This document shows positions 52,971-63,555 of a DNA stretch of 64,000 bases, piece after piece. The stretch lies in assembly GCA_963829785.1 (NCBI GenBank), contig CAWHJZ010000013.1:65377-129376 (forward strand), in the 5' to 3' direction. Each line of letters begins with the position of its first letter. Position 1 is the stretch's first letter. Under the pieces are notes generated by a model. The model ran no database searches and was not told the origin of the DNA. It was given only the letters and a program-made list of their open reading frames with translations. The position numbers and the translations under genes are program-made. This DNA is from an uncultured Pseudomonadota bacterium. GTDB lineage: Bacteria > Pseudomonadota > Alphaproteobacteria > Rhizobiales > Xanthobacteraceae.

Positions 52971-53075
52971 ACCCCACCCCGCTCGGCTGCGCCGCATAGC
53001 CGATGCTTCGCATCGGCGTTCTTGAGCTCAATACGGCGGCCGGAGGCCGCCTATGCCTCCCCTTTCAGGGGAGGG
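52971..53075. repeat. CCCCACCCC...CTCCCC/GGGGAGGG family repeat with nested GCATAG...CTATGC insert
   Basis: Insert 52994-53056 with three internal hairpins; terminal hairpin CTCCCC-TTTCA-GGGGAG. Confidence 0.6.
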
Positions 53076-53108
53076 ATAACCGCGCGTGCATCAACGCGAT
53101 GCCTGGCG

Positions 53109-53525
53109 TCACAGCCCGCCCATCTTGCAGATGAGCTTCCATTCGGCGTCAGTCACCGGCTGCACCGACAGGCGGGATTGCTTCAAGAGCGCCATGTCCT
53201 TGAGCTTGGGCTCAGTCTTGATGGCGGCGAGCGTCACCGGTTTCGGCATGGCTTCAATGGCCTTCACATCGACCACCACCCAGGGCGTGCCGTCTTCGGC
53301 GGTGGGGTCGTGATAGTGTTCGCGGATGATCTCCACGATGCCGACGACCTCCTTGCCGATGTTGGAGTGATAGAAGAAGCCGCGGTCGCCCTTCTTCATT
53401 TTCATGAGGTTGAGCTTGGCGGTGTGATTGCGCACGCCGCTCCAGGCCTCGCCCTTGGCGCCTTTTTTCACCTGCTGGTCCCACGACCAGGCATCGGGCT
53501 CCGATTTCATCAGCCAATAAGCCAT
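53109..53525 (-). CDS. EVE domain protein
   Basis: YWLMKSEP, WSGVRNH, FFYHS, SRLSVQPV. Confidence 0.93.
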   Translation of the reverse strand: MAYWLMKSEPDAWSWDQQVKKGAKGEAWSGVRNHTAKLNLMKMKKGDRGFFYHSNIGKEVVGIVEIIREHYHDPTAEDGTPWVVVDVKAIEAMPKPVTLAAIKTEPKLKDMALLKQSRLSVQPVTDAEWKLICKMGGL

Positions 53526-53526
53526 T

Positions 53527-54507
53527 TCAAATTTCCGCTTTGATCGGCCGCGCCAGCAGCAACTCGATTGCCTTGTCCAACGTCATGCGCTTGGCGAGCA
53601 CGTCGGCGACGGCGAAGCCGATCGGCATCTCCACGTTCTTGGCGCGCGCCATCTCCTCCAGCACCGGCGCGGTGAACACGCCTTCCGCCAGCTTGCCGCT
53701 TGGGGGTTCGCCTTTCCCCAGCGCGACGCCGAAGGAGAAATTGCGCGATTGCGGCGTGGAACACGTGAGGATGAGATCGCCGAGACCGGACAGGCCCATC
53801 ATGGTCTCGACTTTGGCGCCATAGGCCGTGCCGAAGCGCGTGAGCTCGGCGAAGCCGCGCGTGATCAGCGCGGCGGCGGCGCTGGCGCCCAACGCACGGC
53901 CGGCCACGATGCCGGACGCGATAGCCAGCACGTTCTTGGTGGCGCCGCCGAGCTCGACGCCACGCACATCGGTCGAGTGATAAGGACGGAAGGCCGCCGA
54001 GCTGATCGCGTGCGAGAGCGCGGTGGCCAGACCTGCATCGGGGGCGGCCAGCGTCACCGCGGTCGGCAATCCGCGCGCCACGTCGGCGGCGAAGCTCGGG
54101 CCGGAGAGAGCCCCCGCCACGGCGTTGGGCGCGCACTCGGCGATGATCTCGCTCATGAATTTGTGCGTGCCGTGCTCGATGCCCTTGGCGCAGGAGACCA
54201 GTGGCGTGCCCTTGCCAAGCGCGGGCGCCATCGCCGTGACGACGCTGCGCAGCACCTGCGCCGGCACCACCAGCAGGAGGGCGTCGGCGTGCGCGGCATC
54301 GTCGAGTTTGCGCGTCACCTTGATCGACGTTTCCAGTTTCACGCCCGGCAGGAAACGGCTCTCGCGTTTGGTTTCGAGGTGCTCTGCATTACCGGCATCG
54401 TGTTCCCACAACGTCACGGCGCGGCCCGCGCGCGCGGCCGTCAGCGCCAGCGCCGTTCCCCAGGCGCCGCCGCCGAGCACGGAGATTGTCTGAAGGTTCA
54501 TCGGCAT
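53527..54507 (-). CDS. gpsA: NAD(P)H-dependent glycerol-3-phosphate dehydrogenase
   Basis: [38 protein letters not shown]. Confidence 0.95.
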   Translation of the reverse strand: MPMNLQTISVLGGGAWGTALALTAARAGRAVTLWEHDAGNAEHLETKRESRFLPGVKLETSIKVTRKLDDAAHADALLLVVPAQVLRSVVTAMAPALGKGTPLVSCAKGIEHGTHKFMSEIIAECAPNAVAGALSGPSFAADVARGLPTAVTLAAPDAGLATALSHAISSAAFRPYHSTDVRGVELGGATKNVLAIASGIVAGRALGASAAAALITRGFAELTRFGTAYGAKVETMMGLSGLGDLILTCSTPQSRNFSFGVALGKGEPPSGKLAEGVFTAPVLEEMARAKNVEMPIGFAVADVLAKRMTLDKAIELLLARPIKAEI

Positions 54508-54511
54508 GCGC

Positions 54512-55585
54512 TCACTTATACGCCGCCGTGCGCATCAGCGCGCCCTTGGCGGCGGCGATTTCGTCGAGCGGCCAGCGCGCGCGCGGCGCCACATCGAGCG
54601 TGTCGGTGAGGCCCAGCGCCAGCCGCTCGGCGCCGGCCCAGGCGATCATGGCGGCGTTGTCGGTGCACAGCGCCGCGGGCGGCGCCACCAGCGCGGTGCC
54701 GGCTTCGCTCGCCAGTTGCTGCAACACGTTGCGGATGGCCTGGTTGGCGGCGACGCCGCCGGCGGCCACCAGTGCGGTGGGCGCGCCGAAGCGGCTGCGG
54801 AATATCTTGAGGCCGGCGCGCAGGCGATCGAGTACCACGTCGACGATGGCCTGCTGGAACGAGGCGCAAAGATCGGCGACGTCCCGGTCCGAGAGCGGCG
54901 CGATGGCTTCGGCTTCGAGCCGCAGCGCGGTCTTCAAGCCGGAAAGCGAGAAGTCGGCCTCTTTCCGTCCATGCATTGGCCGCGGCAGGGGGAAACGGCG
55001 GGCGTCGCCGCGCATGGCTTCCTGCTCCACCAGCGGCCCGCCCGGATAGCCCAGCCCCAAGAGCTTTGCCGTCTTGTCGAAGGCTTCGCCGATGGCGTCG
55101 TCCTGCGTGGTGCCGAGCCGCACATAGTCGCCGACGCCGCGCACCGCGAGGATCTGGGTGTGGCCGCCGGAGGCGAGGAACAGGCAATAGGGAAATGGGG
55201 TTGCGTCGGTCAGCCGCGCGGTGAGCGCGTGCGCTTCCAGATGGTTGACCGCGATGAGCGGCTTGTCCTTCACCAATGCGATCGCCTTGGCGGTGGTCAA
55301 GCCCACGATCACGCCGCCGATCAGCCCCGGCCCGGCGGCAGCGGCGACGCCGTCGATGGCATCGAAGCCGAGGCCGGCTTCCTTCATGGCCTGCGCGATG
55401 ATGGTATCCAGCACTTCCACGTGGGCGCGGGCGGCGATCTCCGGCACCACGCCGCCGAAAGCCGCGTGCTCTTCGATCTGCGACAGCACCACATTGGAGA
55501 GGATGCGCCCGCGGCCGTCCCCGGCGCGTTCGATCACCGCGGCCGCGGTCTCGTCGCAGGTGGTTTCGATGCCGAGGACGATCAT
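54512..55585 (-). CDS. tsaD: tRNA t6A37 threonylcarbamoyltransferase TsaD
   Basis: [56 protein letters not shown]. Confidence 0.97.
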   Translation of the reverse strand: MIVLGIETTCDETAAAVIERAGDGRGRILSNVVLSQIEEHAAFGGVVPEIAARAHVEVLDTIIAQAMKEAGLGFDAIDGVAAAAGPGLIGGVIVGLTTAKAIALVKDKPLIAVNHLEAHALTARLTDATPFPYCLFLASGGHTQILAVRGVGDYVRLGTTQDDAIGEAFDKTAKLLGLGYPGGPLVEQEAMRGDARRFPLPRPMHGRKEADFSLSGLKTALRLEAEAIAPLSDRDVADLCASFQQAIVDVVLDRLRAGLKIFRSRFGAPTALVAAGGVAANQAIRNVLQQLASEAGTALVAPPAALCTDNAAMIAWAGAERLALGLTDTLDVAPRARWPLDEIAAAKGALMRTAAYK

Positions 55586-55652
55586 TTCTGTCTCCGACCC
55601 TCCCTTTTCCGGGGAGGGTGAACTAAAAGGTGCCGTAGCATCGAGAGGATAT

Positions 55653-56590
55653 ATGGCGCAATCCACTGGACCCTCCACCGAACTCTGCGGATCGGCACGC
55701 GCGGCAGCCCTTTGGCGCTGGTGCAGGCGCGCACCGTGCGTGCGCGGCTGGCCGCCGCCGCGGGCGTCGACGAGGCGCAGATCGAGCTCGTCGTCATCCG
55801 TACCTCCGGCGACATTATCCAGGACCGGCCGCTGGCGGATGAGGGCGGCAAGGGTCTGTTCACCAAGGAGATCGAGGAGGCACTGCTGGACCGCCGCATC
55901 GACCTCGCGGTGCATTCGGGCAAGGACATGCCGACTTTTTCGCAAGCTGGCCTTGCGTTCGCCGCCTGTCTCGAACGCGAAGACCCGCGCGACGTGTTCA
56001 TCAGCCGAAAGGCGAAGACGCTCGCCGAGCTGCCGCAGGGCGCGACGCTCGGCACCGCCTCGCTGCGCCGGCAGGCGGTGGCCAAGCGTATGCGGCCCGA
56101 TCTCAACGTCGCGATGCTGCGCGGCAATGTGGAGACGCGATTGCGCAAGCTCGACGAAGGCCAGGTCGACGCGACTTTGTTGGCGCTCGCCGGCCTGAAG
56201 CGGCTGGGCCTAGAACAGCACGCCACCCACATCATGAGCGAGCAGGAGTTCCTGCCGGCGGTGGCGCAGGGCGCCATCGGCATCGAGACGCGCGAGGACG
56301 ACGCACGCGTGCGCGAACTGCTCGGCCGCATCAATCACGACGATACCTTCACCGCGGTCGCCTGCGAGCGCGCGTTCCTTGCCGCGCTCGACGGCTCGTG
56401 CAAGACGCCGATCGCCGGCCATGCCGTGCTGAGCGGCGACTCGATCGAGTTCCGCGGCTTAATCGCGCGCCCCGACGGCGCCGCCGCGCATGACATCTCC
56501 GGCGCCGGCCACCGCGACGACGCCAAGAAGATCGGCGACGAAGCGGGGCGTGCGCTCAAGCAGACCGCTGGACCGAGGTTTTTTGACTAG
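55653..56590 (+). CDS. hemC: Hydroxymethylbilane synthase (frameshift near N-terminus)
   Basis: [50 protein letters not shown]. Confidence 0.95.
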
Positions 56591-56638
56591 CGCATGATCC
56601 CGAAAAGTGGGAACCGGTTTTCGGATAAGATCATGCGC
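56590..56638. repeat. GCATGATC...AAGTGG-N-CCGGTT...GATCATGC palindrome between hemC and hemD
   Basis: GCGCATGATC/GATCATGCGC outer arms, CCGAAAA/TTTTCGG inner arms. Confidence 0.75.
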
Positions 56639-56655
56639 AAAGAGAAAAACTAACA

Positions 56656-57370
56656 ATGCGATTGGTTGTCACCCGCCCGCAGGCCGATAGCGAACGCACT
56701 GCCGCGGCATTGCGCGCGCAAGGCCACGATGTGCTGCTGGCGCCGTTGATGCGAGTCGAATTGCTGTCCGCCGATCTCGCCGGTATCTGGGGCGCGGTCG
56801 TCATCACCAGCGCCAACGCGCCGGTTGCGATCGCCGATCATCCGGCGCGCGAAGCCTTGCTCAAATTGCCGCTCTACGCCGTCGGCCGCCGCAGCGCCGA
56901 GGCCGCGCGCGCGGCTGGCTTTACCGACGTTACTGCCGCCGGCGGCGACGTGCGCGATCTGGTCAAGCTGATCGCCGAGCGCCATGCCGACGCTCATGCG
57001 CCGCTCCTCTATCTCGCCGGTCAGGACCGCGCCGCCGACTTGATCGACGAACTGGCGACGCATGGGCTAGCCGCCGAAATGCGTGTCGTTTACCGCGCGG
57101 TGACCACGCCCTATTCGCCCGCGCTCGTCGCGGCGCTGAACGAAGAGCGCGGTCGACGGCGTGCTGCACTTCTCCAAGCGTAGCGCCGAGAACTATCTTG
57201 CCGGTGCGCGCGCCGCGGGGCTTGCGGGTCCGGCGCTCAAGGTGCGGCATTATTGTCTGTCGGGGGCGATCGCCGCGCCATTGGCGGAAGCGGGTGCGGC
57301 GCATATTTCAGTAGCGCAGCACCCATCCGAGGCGGGGCTGATTGAACTTTTTGCGGTGTCGCGGGGTTGA
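56656..57370 (+). CDS. hemD: Uroporphyrinogen-III synthase, frameshifted near 57150
   Basis: LVVTRP, ITSANA, YAVGRRSAEAA, VVYR, LHFSKRSA; follows hemC. Confidence 0.9.
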
Positions 57371-57380
57371 TTTGGCGCAA
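57367..57380. promoter_or_regulatory. Possible FixK/Fnr-type box upstream of mic60-hemY
   Basis: TTGATTTGGCGCAA matches TTGA-N6-GCAA and overlaps the hemD stop codon. Confidence 0.35.
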
Positions 57381-57426
57381 GGCCGCCATTTGCGTTATGC
57401 CCTAGGGCTCAATTTGAGGAATCTTG

Positions 57427-58848
57427 ATGGCAGACCAGCGCAAACCGCCGGAGTCACCGGGCGGCGGCCCCCGCCGCAAGCGCGCTGCGCCGACCATCGA
57501 CCTCAAGGCCACCGAAGTGACAGATCAGCCCGCTGATACGCCGTCCGAGCCGACGCCGGCCACCGAGACACCGTCTGCCGAACCAGCGTCGGAGCCGGCT
57601 GCCGCCGCCGCGCCTGAGCCGCCGGCGGACGAGCCGGCGCAGCCCGAGCCGGAGCGCGCGGCTCCGCCACCGCCTCCTCCTCCGCCGCCACCACGGAGTG
57701 GCGGTTTCGGTTCGGCGATGGCCGGTGGCGTCATTGGCGCGCTCATCGTCGCCGCGCTTGGCGCCGGGCTCTGGTATGGCGGGTACATCCCGTCATCGTC
57801 GATGACCCAAAGCGATCTGCCTGCCCGTATCGCGGCACTTGAGAAACAAGCGCAGGCGCTGAAGAACCAGCCGGCGCCCAAGTTCGACACCGCCACGCTC
57901 GAAAAATCGGTCGGCGCGCTCTCCCAGCGCGTGAGCAAGATCGAGAGCGATCTCGGCAACCTGCCGCCCACCGTCAAGGTCGCGGCGCAACGGCTGGCCG
58001 CGCTCGACAGTACCGTAAAGTCGCTGAGCGAGGCGGTGAGCGCGCTCGGCAAGCGGGCTGACGGCATCGCGGCTACCGCCGGCAAGGCGCAGCAAAGCGC
58101 GGCGGCAGCGGAAAAGGCAGTCAACGATCTGAAGCAGGATGTGCAGAATGCCGCCAACGCTCAGGGCCAAACGAGCTCGGTTGCCTCCGGCGCGTTCGAT
58201 GCCTTGCAGAAGAAAGTCGCCGCGCTTGAAACCGAGCTTGCGAACGCGCGCAGCAAGATCGAGGGCGAGATCAAATCCGTGCGCGGTGACGTGACGAGCG
58301 CGCAAGGCAAGATCGCCAATGCCGCCGCCGGCGCCCGCGCCGCCCGCCTTGCCTTGAGCGCGGCTGCGTTGCGCAACGCCGTCTTCAGCGGCGCGCCTTA
58401 TGCCGACGAGCTGGCGCAGGCCAAATCGCTCGGCGCCGACGCAAAAACCCTGGCGCCGCTCGATGTCTTCGCGGCCAAGGGCGTGTCCCGCAAGACCGCG
58501 CTCGCCAACGAACTCAGCAAGCTGATTCCCACCATGCGCAAGGCGGCGGGTGCGCAGAAAGCCACCGGCAGCTTCCTCGATCGGATCACGGCCAATGCGA
58601 GCAAGCTGGTGCGCATCACGCCGGTGGAAGCGCCTGCCGGCAGCAATCCGTCCGATGTGCTGGCGCGCATCGAAACCGAAGCCGCGCATGCCGACATCGC
58701 GAATGCGCTCGCCGACCTCGCCAAGCTGCCGGACAAGGTGAGGGCGCCCGCCAAAGACTGGATCGCCAGGGCGAAGGCGCGGCAGGCCGCGCTCGCCGCC
58801 GCGCAGTCGTTCGCCGCCAGCGCGGCGCGCGCGCTCGGCAAAGGATGA
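57427..58848 (+). CDS. COG4223 / mitofilin-like (alphaproteobacterial Mic60) protein
   Basis: PTIDLKATE, Pro-rich N-terminus, single TM, long coiled coil, GAPYADEL and LVRITPV C-terminal domain; hemC-hemD-X-hemY context. Confidence 0.85.
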   Translation: MADQRKPPESPGGGPRRKRAAPTIDLKATEVTDQPADTPSEPTPATETPSAEPASEPAAAAAPEPPADEPAQPEPERAAPPPPPPPPPPRSGGFGSAMAGGVIGALIVAALGAGLWYGGYIPSSSMTQSDLPARIAALEKQAQALKNQPAPKFDTATLEKSVGALSQRVSKIESDLGNLPPTVKVAAQRLAALDSTVKSLSEAVSALGKRADGIAATAGKAQQSAAAAEKAVNDLKQDVQNAANAQGQTSSVASGAFDALQKKVAALETELANARSKIEGEIKSVRGDVTSAQGKIANAAAGARAARLALSAAALRNAVFSGAPYADELAQAKSLGADAKTLAPLDVFAAKGVSRKTALANELSKLIPTMRKAAGAQKATGSFLDRITANASKLVRITPVEAPAGSNPSDVLARIETEAAHADIANALADLAKLPDKVRAPAKDWIARAKARQAALAAAQSFAASAARALGKG

Positions 58849-58855
58849 GGGCGTC

Positions 58856-60550
58856 ATGATCCGCGTCGTGTTCTTCCTCATCGTGCTGGCCGCGCTCGCG
58901 CTCGGCTTCGCCTGGGTTGCCGACCGCCCCGGCGATGTCGCGGTCACCTGGCTCGGCTATCACATCGAAACGTCGCTGACGGTCGCCGCGCTCGGCCTCA
59001 TCGTGCTGGTGCTGGTGTTGATGTTTGTGATCTGGCTGGTGCGCGCGGTGCTGCGCTCGCCCGAGCAGATGTCGATGTTCTTCCGCCACCGCCGCGCCAT
59101 GAAGGGCTACCAGGCGGTGAGCCGCGGCCTGATCGCCATCGGCTCTGGCGACCAGAAGCTGGCGCGCCGCGCGGCCGACGACGCGGCGCGATTGACGCCA
59201 GGCGCGCCGCTCACGCTGCTGCTCAGCGCGCAGTCGGCGCAGATGGCCGGCGACCGGCCCGCGGCCGAGCGCGCCTTCCGCGCCATGACGCGGCATGAGG
59301 ACACCAAGCTCCTCGGCTTGCGTGGCCTTTATGTCGAAGCGCAGCGCCGCGGTGATGCCGATGGCGCGCGTCGTGCCGCCGAGATCGCCGCCAAGACGGC
59401 GCCGACGCTCACTTGGGCCGGCCAAGCGGTGCTGGACGACCGCTGCGCCGCCAACGATTGGGCGGGTGCGCTCGCCGCGCTCGACCGCATGAAAGGCGGT
59501 CTGCCGAAGGAAGAATACCGCCGCAAGCGCGCGGTGCTGCTGACCGCCCGCGCCCTGGCGCTGGCCGATATCGAGCGCGACACCGCGCGCAACCTGGCGC
59601 TGGAGGCGGTCAAGCTCGCGCCCGATCTGGTGCCGGCGGCGGCCATGGCCGGGCGGCGGCTGGTGGAGGCCGGCGAGCAGCGCCGCGCCCGCCGCATCCT
59701 GGAAGCGGCGTGGCGGGCCAATCCGCATCCCGACATCGCCGAGGCTTACGCCGACCTGAGACTTGGCGATTCCGCCCGCGACCGGCTGGCGCGCATGCAG
59801 AAGCTTGCGGCAACCGTGCCCGGTCAGCTCGAAGGCGCGCTCGCCGTCGCTCGCGCCGCGCTCGATGCCCGCGAGTTCGCCACCGCCCGGTCGGCACTTG
59901 AACCTTTCGTCTCGGCACCGACCCGCCGCGTCGCCACCCTGATGGCCGAGATCGAGGAGGCCGAGCACGGCGATACCGGCCGGGTGCGGGAATGGATGGG
60001 GCGCGCCATGCGCGCCTCCGGCGACCCGGTGTGGACGGCGGACGGTGTGGTCTCCGACCGCTGGCTGCCGATATCGCCCAATGGCCGACTGGACGGCTTC
60101 GAGTGGCGGGTGCCGCTGGCCGAAATCGGGGTCAGCCGGCCGGTGGTCGAGGTCACCCTGCCGCCCGCCCCGCCACTGCCTGAGCCAGAGGCCGAGCCGC
60201 AAGAGCCATCCGAACCGGCCGAGATCGCCGCGCCCGAGGCCACCGCCCAGCCGGCGGCGGAGCCTGAGGCCGAAGCGGAGACCAAGCCGGAACCCGAGCC
60301 CCAATCGGAGGTGAAGCCCGAATCTGAGCAAGAGCCGGCGGCCGCGGCCCCCGAAAAGCCTGCCGAGCCGGTACCCCCGCCACCGGGCCGGCCCGCGCGG
60401 CAGGCTAAGCCGGCGGAGGCGGTGATCCCGCTGGTACATGCCCCTGACGACCCCGGCCCCGAAGGCGGCGACGCCGAGACCGGCGAGCCGGTACCGCAGC
60501 CCAGCGAACCGCGCGACGCCTGGTCCCGCTTCCGGCGGATGTTCCGGTAG
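58856..60550 (+). CDS. HemY_N/TPR membrane protein (heme biosynthesis-associated)
   Basis: WVADRPGDV.VTWLGY.IETS, two TMs, TPR repeats, WRANPHPD, Pro/Glu-rich tail. Confidence 0.88.
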   Translation: MIRVVFFLIVLAALALGFAWVADRPGDVAVTWLGYHIETSLTVAALGLIVLVLVLMFVIWLVRAVLRSPEQMSMFFRHRRAMKGYQAVSRGLIAIGSGDQKLARRAADDAARLTPGAPLTLLLSAQSAQMAGDRPAAERAFRAMTRHEDTKLLGLRGLYVEAQRRGDADGARRAAEIAAKTAPTLTWAGQAVLDDRCAANDWAGALAALDRMKGGLPKEEYRRKRAVLLTARALALADIERDTARNLALEAVKLAPDLVPAAAMAGRRLVEAGEQRRARRILEAAWRANPHPDIAEAYADLRLGDSARDRLARMQKLAATVPGQLEGALAVARAALDAREFATARSALEPFVSAPTRRVATLMAEIEEAEHGDTGRVREWMGRAMRASGDPVWTADGVVSDRWLPISPNGRLDGFEWRVPLAEIGVSRPVVEVTLPPAPPLPEPEAEPQEPSEPAEIAAPEATAQPAAEPEAEAETKPEPEPQSEVKPESEQEPAAAAPEKPAEPVPPPPGRPARQAKPAEAVIPLVHAPDDPGPEGGDAETGEPVPQPSEPRDAWSRFRRMFR

Positions 60551-60603
60551 CGTCCTTACCTTGCCATCGCCGTCCCGCGCTTATATCAGTGGCCCGCGCA
60601 AGA

Positions 60604-60649
60604 CGCGTTTCCAGGCGAAGTGGGGATCGGTTCGCCGTCCGGAAACGCG
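60604..60649. repeat. AAGTGG-N-CGGTT family palindrome just upstream of tRNA-Thr
   Basis: CGCGTTTCC...GGCGAAGTGGGGATCGGTTCGCC...GGAAACGCG. Confidence 0.6.
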
Positions 60650-60665
60650 ATGAAATAAGAACTTG

Positions 60666-60740
60666 GCCGGCGTAGCTCAGCGGTAGAGCATCCGCTTCGT
60701 AAGCGGGGGGTCGGGGGTTCAAATCCCTCCGCCGGCACCA
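60666..60740 (+). tRNA. tRNA-Thr (CGT)
   Basis: GCCGGCGTAGCTCAGCGGTAGAGC, anticodon loop TTCGTAA, GGTTCAAATCC, encoded CCA. Confidence 0.96.
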
Positions 60741-60817
60741 GCGCTTTTCCTCAGACATTGTCCTGGCCGGTGTGGAACGCGCTCCCCTTCGGCCGCACAT
60801 TGCAGTAAGCAGACCGC

Positions 60818-62077
60818 ATGCCGCCGCTCATGCTGTCGAGGCGCTTCGCGCCCTTGTTCTGGTGCCAGTTCTTCGCGGCGTTCAACGACAATTTCCTCAA
60901 GACCGCGCTGGTCTTCCTCATCCTGTTCCAGATGGCGGGCGACAACAGCGAGGCGCTGATCACGCTGGCGAGCGCCGTTTTCATCGCGCCGTTCTTCTTC
61001 CTGTCGGGGCTCGCCGGCGAGCTCGCCGACCGCTTCGACAAGGCGCGCATGGCGCAGGTCGTGAAATTTACCGAGATGTTCATCGCCGGACTCTCGGTCT
61101 ACGGCTACGAGCACCATTCGATCGCCGTCATGTTCGTCGCGCTCGCCGGTTTCGGCGTCATGTCGGCGCTGTTCGGCCCGGTCAAATACGGCATTCTGCC
61201 CGACCATCTGCGGCGCGAGGAATTGCCCGCCGGCAACGCGATGGTCGAGGCCGCGACCTTCATCGCCATCCTCACCGGCACCATCGCGGCCGGGCTCGCC
61301 GCCCGCGACGGCGGCGACACCGTTCTGTTCGGCGCGCTGGTGATGGCGTTCGCACTCGCCTGCTGGCTGAGCGCGCTTCTCATCCCGCCGTCCGGGAAAG
61401 GCGCGCCGCAATTAAAAGTGCGCGCCAACATCGCCGGTTCGACGCTTGCCACGTTCCGCCATCTGCGCAGCGACCGCCGGCTGTGGTGGGGCGCGCTGGT
61501 GACGAGCTGGTTTTGGGTGGTCGGCATCGTCGTGCTGTCGCTGCTGCCACCGCTGATCAAGAACCTGATCGGCGGCAACGAAGACGCCGTCACCGCCTGT
61601 CTCGCGCTGTTCTCGATCGCGGTCGGCATCGGCTCGGGCCTTGCCGCGTTCATCGCGCACGGGCGCATCGTGCTGAGGACCACGCTTGGCGGCGCCGCGC
61701 TGCTGGCTTTGTTTGCGTTTGATCTCGGCTTTGCCGGCTACGGCAAGGCGGCGGCGCAAACGCTGCAGGAGCCATGGGTGGTGCTGACTTCGGGCCTGGG
61801 GCTGCGCGCGGCCATCGATCTTTTCGGCATGGCGGTCGCCGGCGGCCTGTTCATCGTTCCGGCGTTCGCCGCCGTGCAAGCGTGGTCGGACGTCGCCTTC
61901 CGCGCCCGCACCATTGCCGCGGTCAACGTGCTCAACGCCGCCTTCATGACCGCCGCCACCGTCCTGGTGGCGGTGTTGCAGAAGTTCGGCGTGACGGTTC
62001 CGGTGTTGTTTCTGCTGATCGGCGCCGCCAGCGCGTTTGTGGCGCTGGCGATCTGGAGGACGATGCCGAAGCCGTAG
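60818..62077 (+). CDS. MFS transporter, LplT-like (lysophospholipid flippase type)
   Basis: RRFAPLFWCQFFAAFNDNFLK, GELADRFDK, LFGPVKYGILP; about 12 TMs. Confidence 0.85.
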   Translation: MPPLMLSRRFAPLFWCQFFAAFNDNFLKTALVFLILFQMAGDNSEALITLASAVFIAPFFFLSGLAGELADRFDKARMAQVVKFTEMFIAGLSVYGYEHHSIAVMFVALAGFGVMSALFGPVKYGILPDHLRREELPAGNAMVEAATFIAILTGTIAAGLAARDGGDTVLFGALVMAFALACWLSALLIPPSGKGAPQLKVRANIAGSTLATFRHLRSDRRLWWGALVTSWFWVVGIVVLSLLPPLIKNLIGGNEDAVTACLALFSIAVGIGSGLAAFIAHGRIVLRTTLGGAALLALFAFDLGFAGYGKAAAQTLQEPWVVLTSGLGLRAAIDLFGMAVAGGLFIVPAFAAVQAWSDVAFRARTIAAVNVLNAAFMTAATVLVAVLQKFGVTVPVLFLLIGAASAFVALAIWRTMPKP

Positions 62078-63427
62078 TTACTTCCCGCGCATCGCCAACA
62101 CGCGGTCGACCATTTCGCCCGCGACGCCGAGATAGTTCGCCGGATCGACCATCGCTTCCAGCGCCTTGCGGTCGGCATGCTGGCTGATTTCCTTGTTCTC
62201 GGCGAGCAGATCGATCAGCGGCCGCCCGGTCTTCACCACCTCGCGGCAGACATCGTAGACTACGTCGTGCGCGTAGTTGCGGCCCATCTTGTCGCCCAGC
62301 CCCATCATCACCGCCTCCGACATCAGCAGTCCGTTGGTGATGAAGAGGTTCTCGCGCATCTTCTGTTCGTTGACGTGCATGCCCTCGACCACGAAGCGGG
62401 TCTGCGCCAGCGCGCCGGCGGTGAGCAGGAAGATTTCCGGCAGCGCAATCCATTCGATTTCCCAGGGGCCGGTGGCGCGCTCGTGGTCCTCGATCATCGC
62501 TTCGAGCAGCGCGGCGACGAGCTGCTTCACCATCGCGGTCTGCGCGGTGATGTAAACGGAAGAGATCGGGTTGCGCTTCTGCGGCATGGTCGAGGATGAG
62601 CCGCGGCCCTGGTGGAACGGCTCCTGCACTTCTTCGACTTCGGTCTGCATCAAGAGCTTCACGTCGAAGGCGATCTTGCCGCACGAACCGGTGACGAGCC
62701 CCAAGAAGCAACCGACCTCGGCGATGGTGTCGCGCACGGTGTGCCAGGAAATCGCCGGCTGGCCGAGCTTGAGCTCCTTCATCAGCTCTTCCTGGCACTT
62801 GAGGCCTTCCTTGCCGAGCGACGACAGCGTGCCGGCGGCGCCGCCGAACTCGCCCACCAGCACGCGCGGCTTCAATTCGTTGAGCCGCTGCTTGTGCCGC
62901 TCGAAGCCGGCCAGCATGGTGGCCATCTTGTAGCCGAAGGTGATCGGCACCGCCTGCTGCAGGTTGCTGCGCCCGGCCATCGGCGTGTCGCGATATTTCT
63001 TCGCCAGCGCGGCCAGCGCGTCGCAGATGCCGTCGATTTCCTTCTCGACCAGCGCCAGCGCTTCGTGGATTTGCAGGACGGTGGCGGTGTCGGTGATGTC
63101 CTGCGTGGTGGCGCCCCAGTGCGACCATTCGCCGAGCTTGTCCTTGCACAGGCCGACGAGCTGCTGCACCACCGGCAGCACCGGATAGCCGATGCGCTCG
63201 GTCGCTTCCTTGAGCTTCGCCATGTCGTATTCTTTGGCGTCGCAGTGCTTGACGATCTCGGTCGCGGCTTCTTGCGGGATGATGCCGAGCTTGGCCTGCG
63301 CCTTCGCCAGCGCCGCCTCGAAGTCGAGATATTTCTGCACCCGGTTTTCGTCGGAGAACACCTCCCGCATGGCCTCGGTGGTGAAGACGTTGCGGAAGAC
63401 GTGGGAATCGAAAATCGTCGCGGCCAT
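62078..63427 (-). CDS. Fumarase/adenylosuccinate lyase superfamily enzyme, PcaB (carboxymuconate cycloisomerase)-like
   Basis: HWGATTQDITDT, GGAAGTL, GSSSTMPQKRNP, DHERATGPWEIEW. Confidence 0.85.
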   Translation of the reverse strand: MAATIFDSHVFRNVFTTEAMREVFSDENRVQKYLDFEAALAKAQAKLGIIPQEAATEIVKHCDAKEYDMAKLKEATERIGYPVLPVVQQLVGLCKDKLGEWSHWGATTQDITDTATVLQIHEALALVEKEIDGICDALAALAKKYRDTPMAGRSNLQQAVPITFGYKMATMLAGFERHKQRLNELKPRVLVGEFGGAAGTLSSLGKEGLKCQEELMKELKLGQPAISWHTVRDTIAEVGCFLGLVTGSCGKIAFDVKLLMQTEVEEVQEPFHQGRGSSSTMPQKRNPISSVYITAQTAMVKQLVAALLEAMIEDHERATGPWEIEWIALPEIFLLTAGALAQTRFVVEGMHVNEQKMRENLFITNGLLMSEAVMMGLGDKMGRNYAHDVVYDVCREVVKTGRPLIDLLAENKEISQHADRKALEAMVDPANYLGVAGEMVDRVLAMRGK

Positions 63428-63504
63428 GTAACTCTCCTGATGCGCCGGGTGGCGGGGCGGACCTTACCCAATTCATGGAGGCAATCAACGCCGCGACGGG
63501 CATA

Positions 63505-63535
63505 CTTCCCCTCTCCCACAAGGGGAGAGGGGAAG
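63505..63535. repeat. CCCTCTCCC family palindrome
   Basis: CTTCCCCTCTCCC-ACAAG-GGGAGAGGGGAAG 13-bp arms. Confidence 0.7.
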
Positions 63536-63555
63536 AGTGGATGGCGCTGGTCCCT

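Noticed and set aside
53109-53525. EVE domain as part of a modification-dependent restriction system
   Set aside because: It lies in the tsaD-gpsA-EVE housekeeping operon with no nuclease fusion
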